Part shown: one piece after another, positions 7,988 to 17,490 of the stretch
How the letters are laid out: each line of letters begins with the position of its first letter
How positions within the stretch are numbered: the stretch's first letter is position 1
Assembly: GCA_037386265.1 (NCBI GenBank)
Contig: JARRMG010000011.1
Span: forward strand, 1-26,195
Length of the DNA: 26,195 bases
Source: Nitrosopumilaceae archaeon
GTDB taxonomy: Archaea > Thermoproteota > Nitrososphaeria > Nitrososphaerales > Nitrosopumilaceae
Direction: 5' to 3'
The notes under the pieces: generated by a model
What the model was told of the DNA's origin: nothing
The model's database searches: none
Seen by the model: only the letters and a program-made list of their open reading frames with translations
Translations under genes and position numbers: made by a program

Positions 7988-9535
7988 ATGTTGTTGGAAG
8001 GACAATTTGATAATCTTTTGCTTGAGAAGTTTAAACAAGACATATGGAGTAAGGTTCCTCATATTGACGAGCAGGATAAAACAAAGATAGTAAATGAAAC
8101 GCCTCTAGTTGATCTTACTGCATACCTCAAGGAATGTGCAAAAAATGTATACAATCTTAATCTCGATGACTCTGATCTCAAGGTTTTTGGTAAATTTGAA
8201 TCAAAATTACCAACAGGCTCAATCAAGGTAAGGCCTGCAGTTCACATAATTCATGATGCCATTGTAAATGGAAATCTAAAAACTGGACAAACCGTAATTG
8301 AGGCAACCTCTGGCAACTTTGGAATTGCTTTAGGGCAATTATCAAAACTCGGTTTGACTGTGATTTCACTGGTATCAAGGAGGCTTCAGGAAGGAGTTTT
8401 TGAGGAATTGAGAAATGAAAACATTCGAATTATGGATCTTGACATGGACATATGTCCTGCTCCTGGGATGAAAGATAGTGCAAATGATTTGACTGCAAAG
8501 GCAACTGCTGCAAATGTTCGCCAACAATTAACTGATCTTGGTTTTGATGTGGCAATATTTGACAGAGAAATGCAAGAGATTTTATCACTTTTGGCAAAAC
8601 AAGACATCATAAATTTGGCAAAGTTTCTGGCAAAGATTTACGGTTGCTTTTGCCCAGAGCAATATGACAATAAACTAAATCTTGATGTCCACAAGACAGT
8701 TACTGCACCTGAAATCGACCAACAATTACGGCAGTTGGGAGATTCTCTTGAAGATTATAAAGTTGTGTGCACATTTGGTACTGGTGGTACGTCAGGTGGC
8801 ATGAGTAGATATATTTCTGAAAAATATGGAAAAAAAGCCATTCATGTAGTATTTCCACAAAGCGCTCAAGACGTTGCAGGAATTAGGACAAAAGCCAAAG
8901 CATCTGGCTTGACACTTTATGAGCCACAAGAATATGCCGGACAACACGAAGTAGATTTTGAGCAGGTAAAACCTCTACTCAAATTTTTTGTGGACAAAGG
9001 ACACAGTATTGGTGAAAGCAGTGCTCTTGCACTTTATGCTGCAATCCAGTTGGCAAACTTTGGAAATGGTGGGAAGTTTGTAGTAATTGTAGCAGATGGT
9101 ATTGAAAAATACAAAAAGAATCTTGAAGTAATGACAAAAAAACAGACACGAACCCAAGTATCCCTTGATGAGGCAACTTCCAGTGCTGATGAATATGATA
9201 AGATAATTTGGATTCACACTCAATATACTCCAAAGCAAGAAGGAATAGAGCTTATTGCAAAATCTCTAGGAGTAGATCCATCAAAAATTTCAGTCCCTAC
9301 TGCGACAACTGTAGGAAAATTACTTGCGACACAAAAAGTCCCAGAAGAACTTAGCCCTGATCTTCAAGGAGGCAAGTCTTTACTTGTGTGTATGGCAGGT
9401 CAAACCTCACTTATGGCAGCCAAAGTCCTTGCAGGAAATGGTGTTTCCACTGAAAGTCTGATTGGAGGTATAACAGAGCTTCCAGAAGGAAAAAGCAAAA
9501 ATCTTTCTGATTTGATAAAGTATGCAACAGAGTAG
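7988..9535 (+). CDS. PLP-dependent cysteine-synthase-family enzyme with C-terminal rhodanese-like domain
   Basis: KFESKLPTGSIKVR (PLP lysine), IEATSGNFGIALG, GTGGTSGG phosphate loop and GESSALAL. The C-terminal LLVCMAGQTSLMAAKVL...SLIGG resembles a rhodanese active-site loop. Confidence 0.8.
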   Translation: MLLEGQFDNLLLEKFKQDIWSKVPHIDEQDKTKIVNETPLVDLTAYLKECAKNVYNLNLDDSDLKVFGKFESKLPTGSIKVRPAVHIIHDAIVNGNLKTGQTVIEATSGNFGIALGQLSKLGLTVISLVSRRLQEGVFEELRNENIRIMDLDMDICPAPGMKDSANDLTAKATAANVRQQLTDLGFDVAIFDREMQEILSLLAKQDIINLAKFLAKIYGCFCPEQYDNKLNLDVHKTVTAPEIDQQLRQLGDSLEDYKVVCTFGTGGTSGGMSRYISEKYGKKAIHVVFPQSAQDVAGIRTKAKASGLTLYEPQEYAGQHEVDFEQVKPLLKFFVDKGHSIGESSALALYAAIQLANFGNGGKFVVIVADGIEKYKKNLEVMTKKQTRTQVSLDEATSSADEYDKIIWIHTQYTPKQEGIELIAKSLGVDPSKISVPTATTVGKLLATQKVPEELSPDLQGGKSLLVCMAGQTSLMAAKVLAGNGVSTESLIGGITELPEGKSKNLSDLIKYATE

Positions 9536-9605
9536 ATTCTCTTAGCGAACAATTTTTGGAGTTTCCTAAACTAAAGAAAAGATAAGCATTTTATCAAATG
9601 ACAAT

Positions 9606-10442
9606 TTAGACCAAAATAATTCCTTCTCGAACCAAATATTCAATACCGGATGCAAAGTCCAGATCAGTAATCGAGCCTTCAGACCACCAGCAAGCATTGT
9701 TTTTTACCCATTGAGGAACCTCTTGTGTGTCACTAATTATTTTAGATTATGCTGGAACAACAATAATTCCATTATCTATAAGGTTGATAACAACTGAAAA
9801 AGACATTGGAGTTGCAAAGTTTCCGGCAGAGTCTTTTGCGGTACATTTGATAATGGTCTCACCAATACCGAAGAGAAATCCAGACTCAGGTTTGCATGTA
9901 GGAATAATTGATTCATCGACATCATCAATCACTAAAACATCAAACGTAACTGGAGTGAGTGCATCACTTGTTTCTGCCAAAACCACAATGTCTTCATGTT
10001 GAACAATTTCAGGTGGCATAACATCTTCAACGATTGGCACTCCTCCTGTGAAAAACATTGGGAGTTCTGCTTCTATTTTATCAAAAGTTATGTGAATAGA
10101 GTAATCACCACTTGTCTCAAATGATGTGCCTTTTGTGATAAAATTAAAGCTAAATGCGCCAAATTGACCAGGATCTGTCTGACCTGATTTTGCTAAATCT
10201 CCTGAAGGAGTCAAAACACTGTATTCTACTGAAAAGCCTGAATGAAGGTCTGCATCATAATTTTTTATTTTTCCGCTAACCCCAACACTTTCTCCATATT
10301 CATAAAAATTCTGGTTTGTGTGAGCATCGATGCTGAGTGGAAGTTGTGTCTCTGTATCCTCCTGAGCCATTGCTTGCATCAAGCTGGTGGCAGTAAACAA
10401 AATTGCAAAAAATACGATAAACGAATATTGAATCATTAACAA
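9606..10442 (-). pseudogene. Secreted HYR-like-domain protein with thaumarchaeal C-terminal repeat, interrupted by an in-frame TAA at 9747-9749
   Basis: Signal peptide and HYR-like segment (PPEI...VTFDV.VID.VD...TC.P.SG.LF.IGETII.CTAKDSAGN). The frame continues past the stop as SKIISDTQEVPQWVKNNACWWSEGSITDLDFASGIEYLVREGIILV* to 9606. Confidence 0.75.
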
Positions 10443-10528
10443 CCCTAGGTAAAATGATAACTTAAGCCTGTCTACTCTTCAAAGATAAAATTGATTCCTG
10501 AATTGTGAATTTTTAGAATGATTTGAAA

Positions 10529-10855
10529 TTATTTTTTGGAAATGATTTGATTCAAAGTTTTGAATGCTTCGGCATGTCTTTGAGGGGTAATCCATAATCT
10601 TTTGTATATTAAGTCAGTTTCCAGAACAATTGCTTTATCCTTTTTAGGCCTCTCAGAATCAAAATGAAACCAGTCACGAAAGTTACTTGTTCCTGAAATT
10701 CTATTTTTTCCTGAAAATATTCCCATTTTTTTCTCTGAAATGTTTTTTATGTGTTCAATTTTTACTTCTTTTTTACCCCAGGGCAAACACCATGCCTTGA
10801 ATGATATTTTATCCTGAAAAATTTGGATGTATTTGTCATTGTACAAAGCTTGCAT
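10529..10855 (-). CDS. Hypothetical protein, possibly bacterial-PH-like
   Basis: 108-aa ORF with a beta-rich pattern and terminal helix; family not firmly recognised. Confidence 0.65.
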   Translation of the reverse strand: MQALYNDKYIQIFQDKISFKAWCLPWGKKEVKIEHIKNISEKKMGIFSGKNRISGTSNFRDWFHFDSERPKKDKAIVLETDLIYKRLWITPQRHAEAFKTLNQIISKK

Positions 10856-10973
10856 ATGAGATCATCTATTTTAGATAATTTAAATAAATTTTTGAAAATC
10901 ACAACACTTGAGATTACCTTTGTGTATGTAAAGGGAATAAAATCTATTTTAATGAATTAAGAGTAGATTATCA

Positions 10974-11258
10974 GTGAATATTGAACAGGTATGCAAGGAT
11001 GTTTTAGACATTGATGACACAGTACGATTTTCAATGATTGTTAAGGAGGGTGTAAAGAAATTTGGAGGGTATAGATACAATACAGTGGGAATTTTAGATT
11101 CAGATGAACTAGACCAATCAATTTGGCATGCTAATGAAAGAATGGTTGGAAGAAAAATGGCAGAACACAAGCTTGGAAAGACAAGATACGCAATGGCCGA
11201 ATATGAGCGAGCCAAAAGAATAACATTTCCCTTGGAAAATAAAACATCCGAACCTTAA
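10974..11258 (+). CDS. DUF6659-like thaumarchaeal protein, probably C-terminally truncated
   Basis: C..VL.ID..VRF...; 'KLGKTRYAMAEYERAKRITFPL' motif. Ends abruptly at ENKTSEP, with the stop overlapping the convergent gene's stop. Confidence 0.65.
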   Translation: MNIEQVCKDVLDIDDTVRFSMIVKEGVKKFGGYRYNTVGILDSDELDQSIWHANERMVGRKMAEHKLGKTRYAMAEYERAKRITFPLENKTSEP

Positions 11259-11437
11259 GCCACTTTTGTATCTAATAATTTGTAATCCATATCCATTAAT
11301 GTACATTCTAAGTGTATTTGTTCCTCTGTCTCAAAATGACATTCTTTGCAAATACAAGTTATTCCCTCCTTGCATACAGGACATTTTTGTTTAATTTCTA
11401 ATTCTGCACCACATTTTCGGCACGATTCATCTCTCAT
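11255..11437 (-). CDS. 60-aa multi-Cys zinc-finger protein (start revised from 11512)
   Basis: MRDESCRKCG...CPVC...CKEC...HLEC; three CxxC pairs plus HxxC. Confidence 0.7.
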   Translation of the reverse strand: MRDESCRKCGAELEIKQKCPVCKEGITCICKECHFETEEQIHLECTLMDMDYKLLDTKVA

Positions 11438-11544
11438 AGAGTAGTTAAGTTTCCATTTGATATTAAACTCGGTCAACAGATCAGCTGACCAATCAATTAT
11501 GCAATTTACCACAATCTATGAAGAAGAATCACTATAGGTTAATC

Positions 11545-11703
11545 ATGACAACACAAACAACTCAAACACGCCCCACAAGCACCTGGGACAAAATGGTTCA
11601 TGCCCCATTTAGCAAAGTCGTCAAGTTTGACCTTATTTGTATGGGAATTGGCGTCGTAATGGGAATGGGAATTGGTGCCTTCTTAGTTACAGGAGGAGCA
11701 TAA
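11545..11703 (+). CDS. 52-aa single-TM membrane protein (start revised from 11518)
   Basis: MTTQTTQTRPT...; C-terminal hydrophobic helix with Gly repeats (GIGVVMGMGIGAFLV). Confidence 0.6.
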   Translation: MTTQTTQTRPTSTWDKMVHAPFSKVVKFDLICMGIGVVMGMGIGAFLVTGGA

Positions 11704-11734
11704 CCTCCATAACTAATTTTTTATTTAATAGGAT

Positions 11735-12510
11735 TTGATATTAAATATGCAATTTTCTCGTATCGAGCCAGCTTACACAACAAAAGATGGGTGTAGATTG
11801 GTTTGGGAAGGAAAAGATGAAGATGATTCAGATACCGTAATTTTAAACAAAGAAGAGTTTGATTCACTTGTTGAGATTTTTAAAAAAGATGTTACAGGAA
11901 CCGTCACTTTAGAAGATCAAATTAGTACTATAATGGTTAATTCAGATGTTACGCAGTTTACTTTACAAGGACATAGGCCTCTTGAGGCAGACACCTTTGA
12001 ATTACAAAAACAATTGCTTGAGTTTGCCAAAATTCCACATGAGCCCAAATATGTTCAAATTAGTACAAAGACATTCTATCCATCAGTATGGATTAGAAAA
12101 GAAACAACTAATAAAAAAGAATGGAAAATTGACAAAATCTTGGCAGCAGCTGATACTGCCCCTACAGCTGGAAACTTTCAAGGTCTCAAGATATTTTATG
12201 TCAAAAACAAGAATACCAAGCAAGCCTTAGTTGAGGCTGCAAACAAGCAACCTTATGTCAATGCTCCTGTAGTCTTGGTTTTTTGTATGGATCCTTCTCG
12301 TGTAAAGCTGAAATTCCCTCCTGAGATTTTAGAGAAATTTTCTTTACAGGATGCTACTTTAGCTGCATCCTATTCACAGATTGCAGCCACAGGTCTTGGC
12401 CTAAGCTCAATTTGGATTGGAATGCTTGATGAGAAAAAAGTGCAAGATATCCTTGGCACTGATTTGAGACCTTCATCGATATTGTGCAGTTAATCGAAGT
12501 AATTGAATAA
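11735..12510 (+). pseudogene. Nitroreductase-family protein with N-terminal extra domain and two apparent deletions
   Basis: AADTAPTAGNFQG and GLSSIWIGM are present, but the RRSxRxF FMN-binding motif is absent (junction about 12100-12120). The ORF ends ILCS* without GYP, while a likely true C-terminus LIEVIE* follows in another frame (12490-12510). Confidence 0.65.
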
Positions 12511-12572
12511 TCTGATTAGTATCACCTCATTTTCATCGGGTTTTTATGTAGCAAATCAAAACATGATTACTC

Positions 12573-13373
12573 ATGGTAGATATCATTGAGGAAACAGCAG
12601 ATTATGTTTTAGATCTTGCCAGTCCTCAAAGATTAAACATTTTATTCATTTTATTAGGAGAAAGTTCAACACCCACTCAAATTGCCACAAAACTTGAGGC
12701 TACAAAACAAGAGGTTCATAGAAATTTTACAAGACTAGTTGAAAGTGGATTAATTGAAAAAAGAGTTGATGGAAAATATTCACTTACCACCTTCGGTGAG
12801 GTTGTTTGTACACAGGTCCCAACAGTTGTTTTCTTGTCTCAGAATCGTAAGTATTTTGAGGAGCATACCCTAGGAGACATTCCTTATAAATTCAAAATGA
12901 GATGCGGTCAGCTTGCCAATGGTAAGTACATCAAGGGATTCTCAAAGGTGATGGAACAATGGAAGTCAATTTACAAAAATTCCAATGAATATATCTTTGA
13001 GATTTTATCTGAGGTTCCACTTGATCTTATAGAACCCTTGGTTAAACGAGTCAAAAAGGGAGTAAAATTCAACTATATTTTCTCCGAATCAGCCGTCATT
13101 CCAAAGGGACGAAAATCATTGTTAAAAAAATTGGGATTTGATAAATTGATGGAAAAGGGGCTTGTAGAACGAAAGATGAAACTCAATGTCCAGACAGTTT
13201 TGGTGTTAAGCGAAAAAGAGGCATGTGTGATGTTTCCAAGCAAGGATGGAGAATCAGACATTAGCGAGATGTTTTACAGTGATGACCCGATGTTTCATGA
13301 GTGGTGTCTTGATTATTTCAGATACTCTTGGTATGGCTCGGATTTATTTGAAGAAAGCAAGTTAAAGGAATAA
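12573..13373 (+). CDS. ArsR-like HTH transcriptional regulator with C-terminal DUF1724-like domain
   Basis: LASPQRLNIL...PTQIATKL..TKQEVHRNFTRLVESGLIEK...YSLT wHTH; C-terminal 'FHEWCLDYFRYSW'. Confidence 0.8.
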   Translation: MVDIIEETADYVLDLASPQRLNILFILLGESSTPTQIATKLEATKQEVHRNFTRLVESGLIEKRVDGKYSLTTFGEVVCTQVPTVVFLSQNRKYFEEHTLGDIPYKFKMRCGQLANGKYIKGFSKVMEQWKSIYKNSNEYIFEILSEVPLDLIEPLVKRVKKGVKFNYIFSESAVIPKGRKSLLKKLGFDKLMEKGLVERKMKLNVQTVLVLSEKEACVMFPSKDGESDISEMFYSDDPMFHEWCLDYFRYSWYGSDLFEESKLKE

Positions 13374-13434
13374 GAATTTCTAGAATCATTAAAAATATTT
13401 TTTCAATATGAAGTAACTATATCAAACCTAAAGG

Positions 13435-13605
13435 TTAGGTTTGATTTTTCATCCTCATAATAATTTGATTCAACGTGCCTGTACTATACTCTATACCGTG
13501 CTCTACCATTGAGTGTTTTTGAAACTTGTTGATAGCATCAGGTTCGTTCTCGTTTACTTCAAAATCACAGTCAAACCCATAGTTTTTGCAGATGATTTTT
13601 ACCAT
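13435..13605 (-). CDS. DUF1059-family small metal-binding protein
   Basis: CKNYGFDCDF...H...EHG motif; paralog at 17249-17413. An alternative ATG at 13620 is possible. Confidence 0.75.
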   Translation of the reverse strand: MVKIICKNYGFDCDFEVNENEPDAINKFQKHSMVEHGIEYSTGTLNQIIMRMKNQT

Positions 13606-13771
13606 AATTCTTTTGAGCATATGGAAATAAAACTAGTAGTTTGTTCAACATCATACAATCATCAAGTTTAGGCTGGATTTCTTGTCATTAGACACATCAA
13701 ATGTTGACTATAATTTCCTATCAATAAATCAGGTTTTAACCATATTTTGCAGTATGTTTTTTTAAAAAATA

Positions 13772-14569
13772 TTAGAAAAACAAACTTTGAATCACAATAT
13801 AACCGGCAATTACAAAAAGCAATACTGCAAAAATCTTCGTTAGGTTTTCCTTTGGTATTTTATCTGTAAGCTTAATTCCAAACAAACCTCCCACTACTCC
13901 CCCAATAACAAACATTGAGGCAATCAACACATCTACGTTTCCTGCAACAAGATAACTAGAAGCAGTAGTCAATCCAAATGCACTAACTGAAACCAACGAG
14001 GTTCCAATGGCATCAATTATGCTTAACCCTCCAGAATACATCAACGTTGGAACAATCAAAAAACCTCCACCAATTCCAAAGTATCCAGCAAGTGTTCCAA
14101 CAAAAAATCCAGATAATGGAATATTCTTTTTTGATAACATTATAGTTGATTGTTTTGCAGAATTTTGAAGATCATATTTTGATGCCTTTTTTCTTAGCAT
14201 CAATACAGCTATTGTTCCCATAAAGATTGCAAAAAACAACAACAAGTTTGAAGATGGTGTTAACAATCCTAATTGTGCTCCAAGTAACGTGCCACCTATA
14301 CCAGGTATTGCAAATACAAGACCTTGTTTGAATTTAACATGGTTTTTTCTTTTATGCCCTAAAAGATTGATAGCTGCAATCACACCGACTGCCAAAGCCG
14401 AAGTTCCAATGGCACCATGAACATCACGGACTCCTACAACATATAGTAAAAGGGGAACTGCTAGAACTGAGCCACCTCCACCAATTAATCCTAGACTAAA
14501 ACCAACAAGTATTCCCGAAAATACAGAAAGAAAAATGACCAGTGGCTCTAATACAAAATCAACTGGCAT
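13772..14569 (-). CDS. TauE/SafE (TSUP) family membrane transporter
   Basis: GLIGGGGSVLAVPLL, AIGTS, duplicated GYFGIGGGFLIVP...AIGTSL; about 8 TM. Overlaps the upstream gene by 11 nt. Confidence 0.9.
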   Translation of the reverse strand: MPVDFVLEPLVIFLSVFSGILVGFSLGLIGGGGSVLAVPLLLYVVGVRDVHGAIGTSALAVGVIAAINLLGHKRKNHVKFKQGLVFAIPGIGGTLLGAQLGLLTPSSNLLLFFAIFMGTIAVLMLRKKASKYDLQNSAKQSTIMLSKKNIPLSGFFVGTLAGYFGIGGGFLIVPTLMYSGGLSIIDAIGTSLVSVSAFGLTTASSYLVAGNVDVLIASMFVIGGVVGGLFGIKLTDKIPKENLTKIFAVLLFVIAGYIVIQSLFF

Positions 14570-15962
14570 CTACAGCACATCTGTTCGGTCCAATCTCCAA
14601 GTCAGGCACATCTGATACTACCAATTCAAGTTCGCCCTTGTTGACTGCGATGATTTTCCTGTAATTCATTGGTCGTGGAAGGGTCTTTTCAACTACTTTT
14701 TTGACAAACTCGTCTTTAGGAATATCAAGCCATGGAAGGTTCTTTGATTGCTGAATTGTGGAGTAAAATGCATCATCTGTTGCTTTTACATTTTCTCCAT
14801 GATGGGTTGGGAAGACCATCGTATAATGAGGAAGCTGCAATAGCTTTTCATGCAGAGTCTCATACAACTCTTCAGTAAATTCTTCGGCTTTGTCTCGTAA
14901 ATCTGGTCGTCCAATTGACTCTACAAACAAGATATCTCCAGTAAAGACATATTTTTCATCAACTACAAAGCTCAAGCTTCCAGGTGTGTGACCAGGTGTG
15001 TGAATTACACGAAGAGTTGTTTTTCCAAATGGAATTGTCTCTCCACCAGAAACAAAGCTTGCATCAAAATCATATCTCTCATGCTTTGAGAGATACAGTT
15101 TTGCATTTGTTGCCTTTGCAAGATCCCTGGCTGAAGATACATGGTCTGCATGCTGATGAGTATCAAAGACTTTGGTTATTTTGAAACCCTTTTGCTTTGC
15201 AATTTCTACATACTTTTCAATCGGATAAAGAGGATCAATTACTATTGCCTCATTTTTAGACTCTACGATGTGGGACAAACATCCTTTTCCGACTTTCTGC
15301 ACTTGAATTACTTGCACTGGCTCATTTACTACAGTTACAGGTTTTAGCACCTGATTCCATTTTGTTAATCCACCTGCAAGAGTAGAAGAGTATATTCCGG
15401 CTCTTGCTAATGCAAAGCTTGCAACCATAGCGCGATTCCCATGCGGACAGATTGTCACAATCTCTTTGTCTTGAGGAATTTTTTGCAGGGTTTTGGGATC
15501 GAAAAGATCAGATAGTGGAATGTTTACACTGCCTGGTATTTGATATTCAGAAAACTCCTCAGTATCCCTTACGTCCAAAAGGTACAATTCATCAAGTTTT
15601 GAGATTACTTCATCAGGAGTGATAGATTTTCCAGTCTTGCCTGTTGTAAGATCTCCATTCCATCCAGAAAAGCCACCTTGCAAATAATAAGCATCAAGGC
15701 CAAATCCTGCCATCATTGCAGCAATTTCTTTTGAGATTTCTTCAGGCTCAGATATTAGTACAATTTTGGTATTTTGTGGGATTTTAGGCATGATCTTTTC
15801 TTTTGCATGAGTATCACAGACTGCATGAACAGATCCAGGAACATGAGATTCTTCAAATTGTTCAGATGTTCGTAGATCAAAGATAAGCATTGGGGTTTGC
15901 TGAGCCACATTCTGGCTTAGCTGTTGGGTTGATATTGTTAGATTTTTGGAAATTTGATTCAT
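14559..15962 (-). CDS. Rhodanese-rhodanese-metallo-beta-lactamase (persulfide dioxygenase-like) fusion; start revised from 16010
   Basis: First rhodanese (FDLR...HVPGS) has no active Cys; second (LDVR...IPGSVNIP...ICPHGNRA) has Cys. MBL motifs DTHQHADH, HTPGHTPGS, FTGDILF, GRPDL and PTHHG. Confidence 0.85.
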   Translation of the reverse strand: MNQISKNLTISTQQLSQNVAQQTPMLIFDLRTSEQFEESHVPGSVHAVCDTHAKEKIMPKIPQNTKIVLISEPEEISKEIAAMMAGFGLDAYYLQGGFSGWNGDLTTGKTGKSITPDEVISKLDELYLLDVRDTEEFSEYQIPGSVNIPLSDLFDPKTLQKIPQDKEIVTICPHGNRAMVASFALARAGIYSSTLAGGLTKWNQVLKPVTVVNEPVQVIQVQKVGKGCLSHIVESKNEAIVIDPLYPIEKYVEIAKQKGFKITKVFDTHQHADHVSSARDLAKATNAKLYLSKHERYDFDASFVSGGETIPFGKTTLRVIHTPGHTPGSLSFVVDEKYVFTGDILFVESIGRPDLRDKAEEFTEELYETLHEKLLQLPHYTMVFPTHHGENVKATDDAFYSTIQQSKNLPWLDIPKDEFVKKVVEKTLPRPMNYRKIIAVNKGELELVVSDVPDLEIGPNRCAVDAS

Positions 15963-16025
15963 GACAGATTTGGCCTTTTGTAAAATATAATCAAGAAGTT
16001 TATAGTGCAATCAAAAGCAAGCATA

Positions 16026-16550
16026 ATGGCTTTGAGCAAAAAAACCTCCACCATTACCTTTCGAATAGATGAAAAGTATGAGAAGGGATTAAGAAAAGAA
16101 GCAGAAGAAAAAAGAATTAGTCTCAATACTTTGGCAAATCAAATCTTTGGAGACCACGTGGAGCTTGATCAATATATGAAAAAATTTGGAATGGTTGAGA
16201 TGAGCAAGGGTTCTTTTCGTGAGTTGCTCAACTCTTTAGATGAGAAAAATATCATTAATTTTGCAAAATCAATTGGATCAAAAGAACCCAAAGACTTTAT
16301 CCTGTTCAAATGGAAGGAGCTTTCTCCACAATCAATTTCAGATTTTATCAAAATGTATTTTGAGCATTGCGGTTATGGAATGTGTGACATGGAATCTGGC
16401 GATAGTGGTAGAATAGTTAGTGTTCACCATGAATTTGGAAATAAGGGGTCTATTTTCTTAAAGGCATTTTTAGAGGCCATCATTCAATCAACTCTTGAAA
16501 AAGAGGGAAATGTAAAAATGACTGAAAATTCAGTCACTCTAAAGTTTTAA
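16026..16550 (+). CDS. RHH-type DNA-binding protein with C-terminal effector-like domain (start revised from 16005)
   Basis: TSTITFRIDEK....LRKEAEEKRISLNTLANQIF is an RHH N-terminus; divergent from the MBL operon. Confidence 0.75.
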   Translation: MALSKKTSTITFRIDEKYEKGLRKEAEEKRISLNTLANQIFGDHVELDQYMKKFGMVEMSKGSFRELLNSLDEKNIINFAKSIGSKEPKDFILFKWKELSPQSISDFIKMYFEHCGYGMCDMESGDSGRIVSVHHEFGNKGSIFLKAFLEAIIQSTLEKEGNVKMTENSVTLKF

Positions 16551-16570
16551 TTAAAAAACTTCATAAGTTC

Positions 16571-17224
16571 TTAGTTTAGACCCATTGTAGATTTAGTTAT
16601 CTTCATAATTATTCCACTAAATGAAATTGAAGATAGAAAATACCACGCCCAAAGATAAACTGCGTTTTCTTGGGGACAAATATTATTTGGATCTAGTGCT
16701 TGTTCAGCAGTACAAGTAAGATGAAAAAAATTACCAGGAAAAATATTTAGAGACACAGGAGACATGGCTACAGTATAAGTGAATAATTGAGGCAACACCA
16801 AATAAAAAATCAAAATTAGAGGAATAAAAGTAAACATCATGGGCTTCATGTTCATTTGCATCATCTCCATTGACATCTTGTTCATGTAGCTAGATTTTTT
16901 GTTTAATTCCGTAATTTTTTCTTGGTCTCTTGATCTCATAGCAGACATTCGTTCCTTCTGCCATCCCTTTGTTTCCTTCATAATGCGGTTTAGTTTTGTC
17001 TGATCAACAACTTTCCTTCTAATTATAGAGTTGATAAAATTTAACATAATTCCAAATCCAGCAACTGCAAATAATGTTGGAACGATTCCTTTTACAATTG
17101 GGTCTTCGCTACCTAAAGAACCTCTCCCATTTGCAAAAATGGCAAAAAGTCCTCCATCATTTCCTTGAAGAAAAACGGAATTTATGAAAAAGGAGAGATT
17201 AGATAAATCAAAAAAGTCTATCAT
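16571..17224 (-). CDS. EMC3/TMCO1-like (DUF106, Oxa1 superfamily) membrane protein
   Basis: TM1, basic Met-rich coiled coil (VDQTKLNRIMKE...MEMMQMNMKPMMFTFIP), and C-terminal WAWYFLSS; GGAG SD-like site upstream. Confidence 0.8.
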   Translation of the reverse strand: MIDFFDLSNLSFFINSVFLQGNDGGLFAIFANGRGSLGSEDPIVKGIVPTLFAVAGFGIMLNFINSIIRRKVVDQTKLNRIMKETKGWQKERMSAMRSRDQEKITELNKKSSYMNKMSMEMMQMNMKPMMFTFIPLILIFYLVLPQLFTYTVAMSPVSLNIFPGNFFHLTCTAEQALDPNNICPQENAVYLWAWYFLSSISFSGIIMKITKSTMGLN

Positions 17225-17248
17225 GTAAATGTCTCCTGCGGTTTCAGA

Positions 17249-17413
17249 TTACGTGGTCTTTCTCAAAATAAATTGCATTAATGCTTCTTTAGAATAATCT
17301 ATCCCATGTTCACTTTCTGTATGGTCTCTAAACTCTTCTATGACTTGTTCAACCTCCCCTTCAGTCACAAAATCACATTCAAATCCATAATTACTACAAC
17401 TCAATTTTGTCAA
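17249..17413 (-). CDS. 54-aa DUF1059-family protein (not in ORF track)
   Basis: Manual translation from TTG: MTKLSCSNYGFECDFVTEGEVEQVIEEFRDHTESEHGIDYSKEALMQFILRKTT*. Confidence 0.8.
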   Translation of the reverse strand: MTKLSCSNYGFECDFVTEGEVEQVIEEFRDHTESEHGIDYSKEALMQFILRKTT

Positions 17414-17438
17414 TTTTGTTTATTTTGACATTTTACAT

Positions 17439-17465
17439 TTATTATACTTCGATTAACTTTGTTAA
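17439..17465 (-). promoter_or_regulatory. Operator-TATA module 2
   Basis: TTAACTTTGTTAA at 17453-17465, 8-bp spacer, TAATAA (minus) at 17439-17444; 25 nt to the DUF1059 TTG. Confidence 0.7.
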
Positions 17466-17490
17466 GTCTAACTTAACAAATTAAAATTTA

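Noticed and set aside
9747-9749. Programmed read-through (Sec/Pyl) in the HYR protein
   Set aside because: The stop is TAA, which is not recoded, and a neighbouring deletion points to decay.
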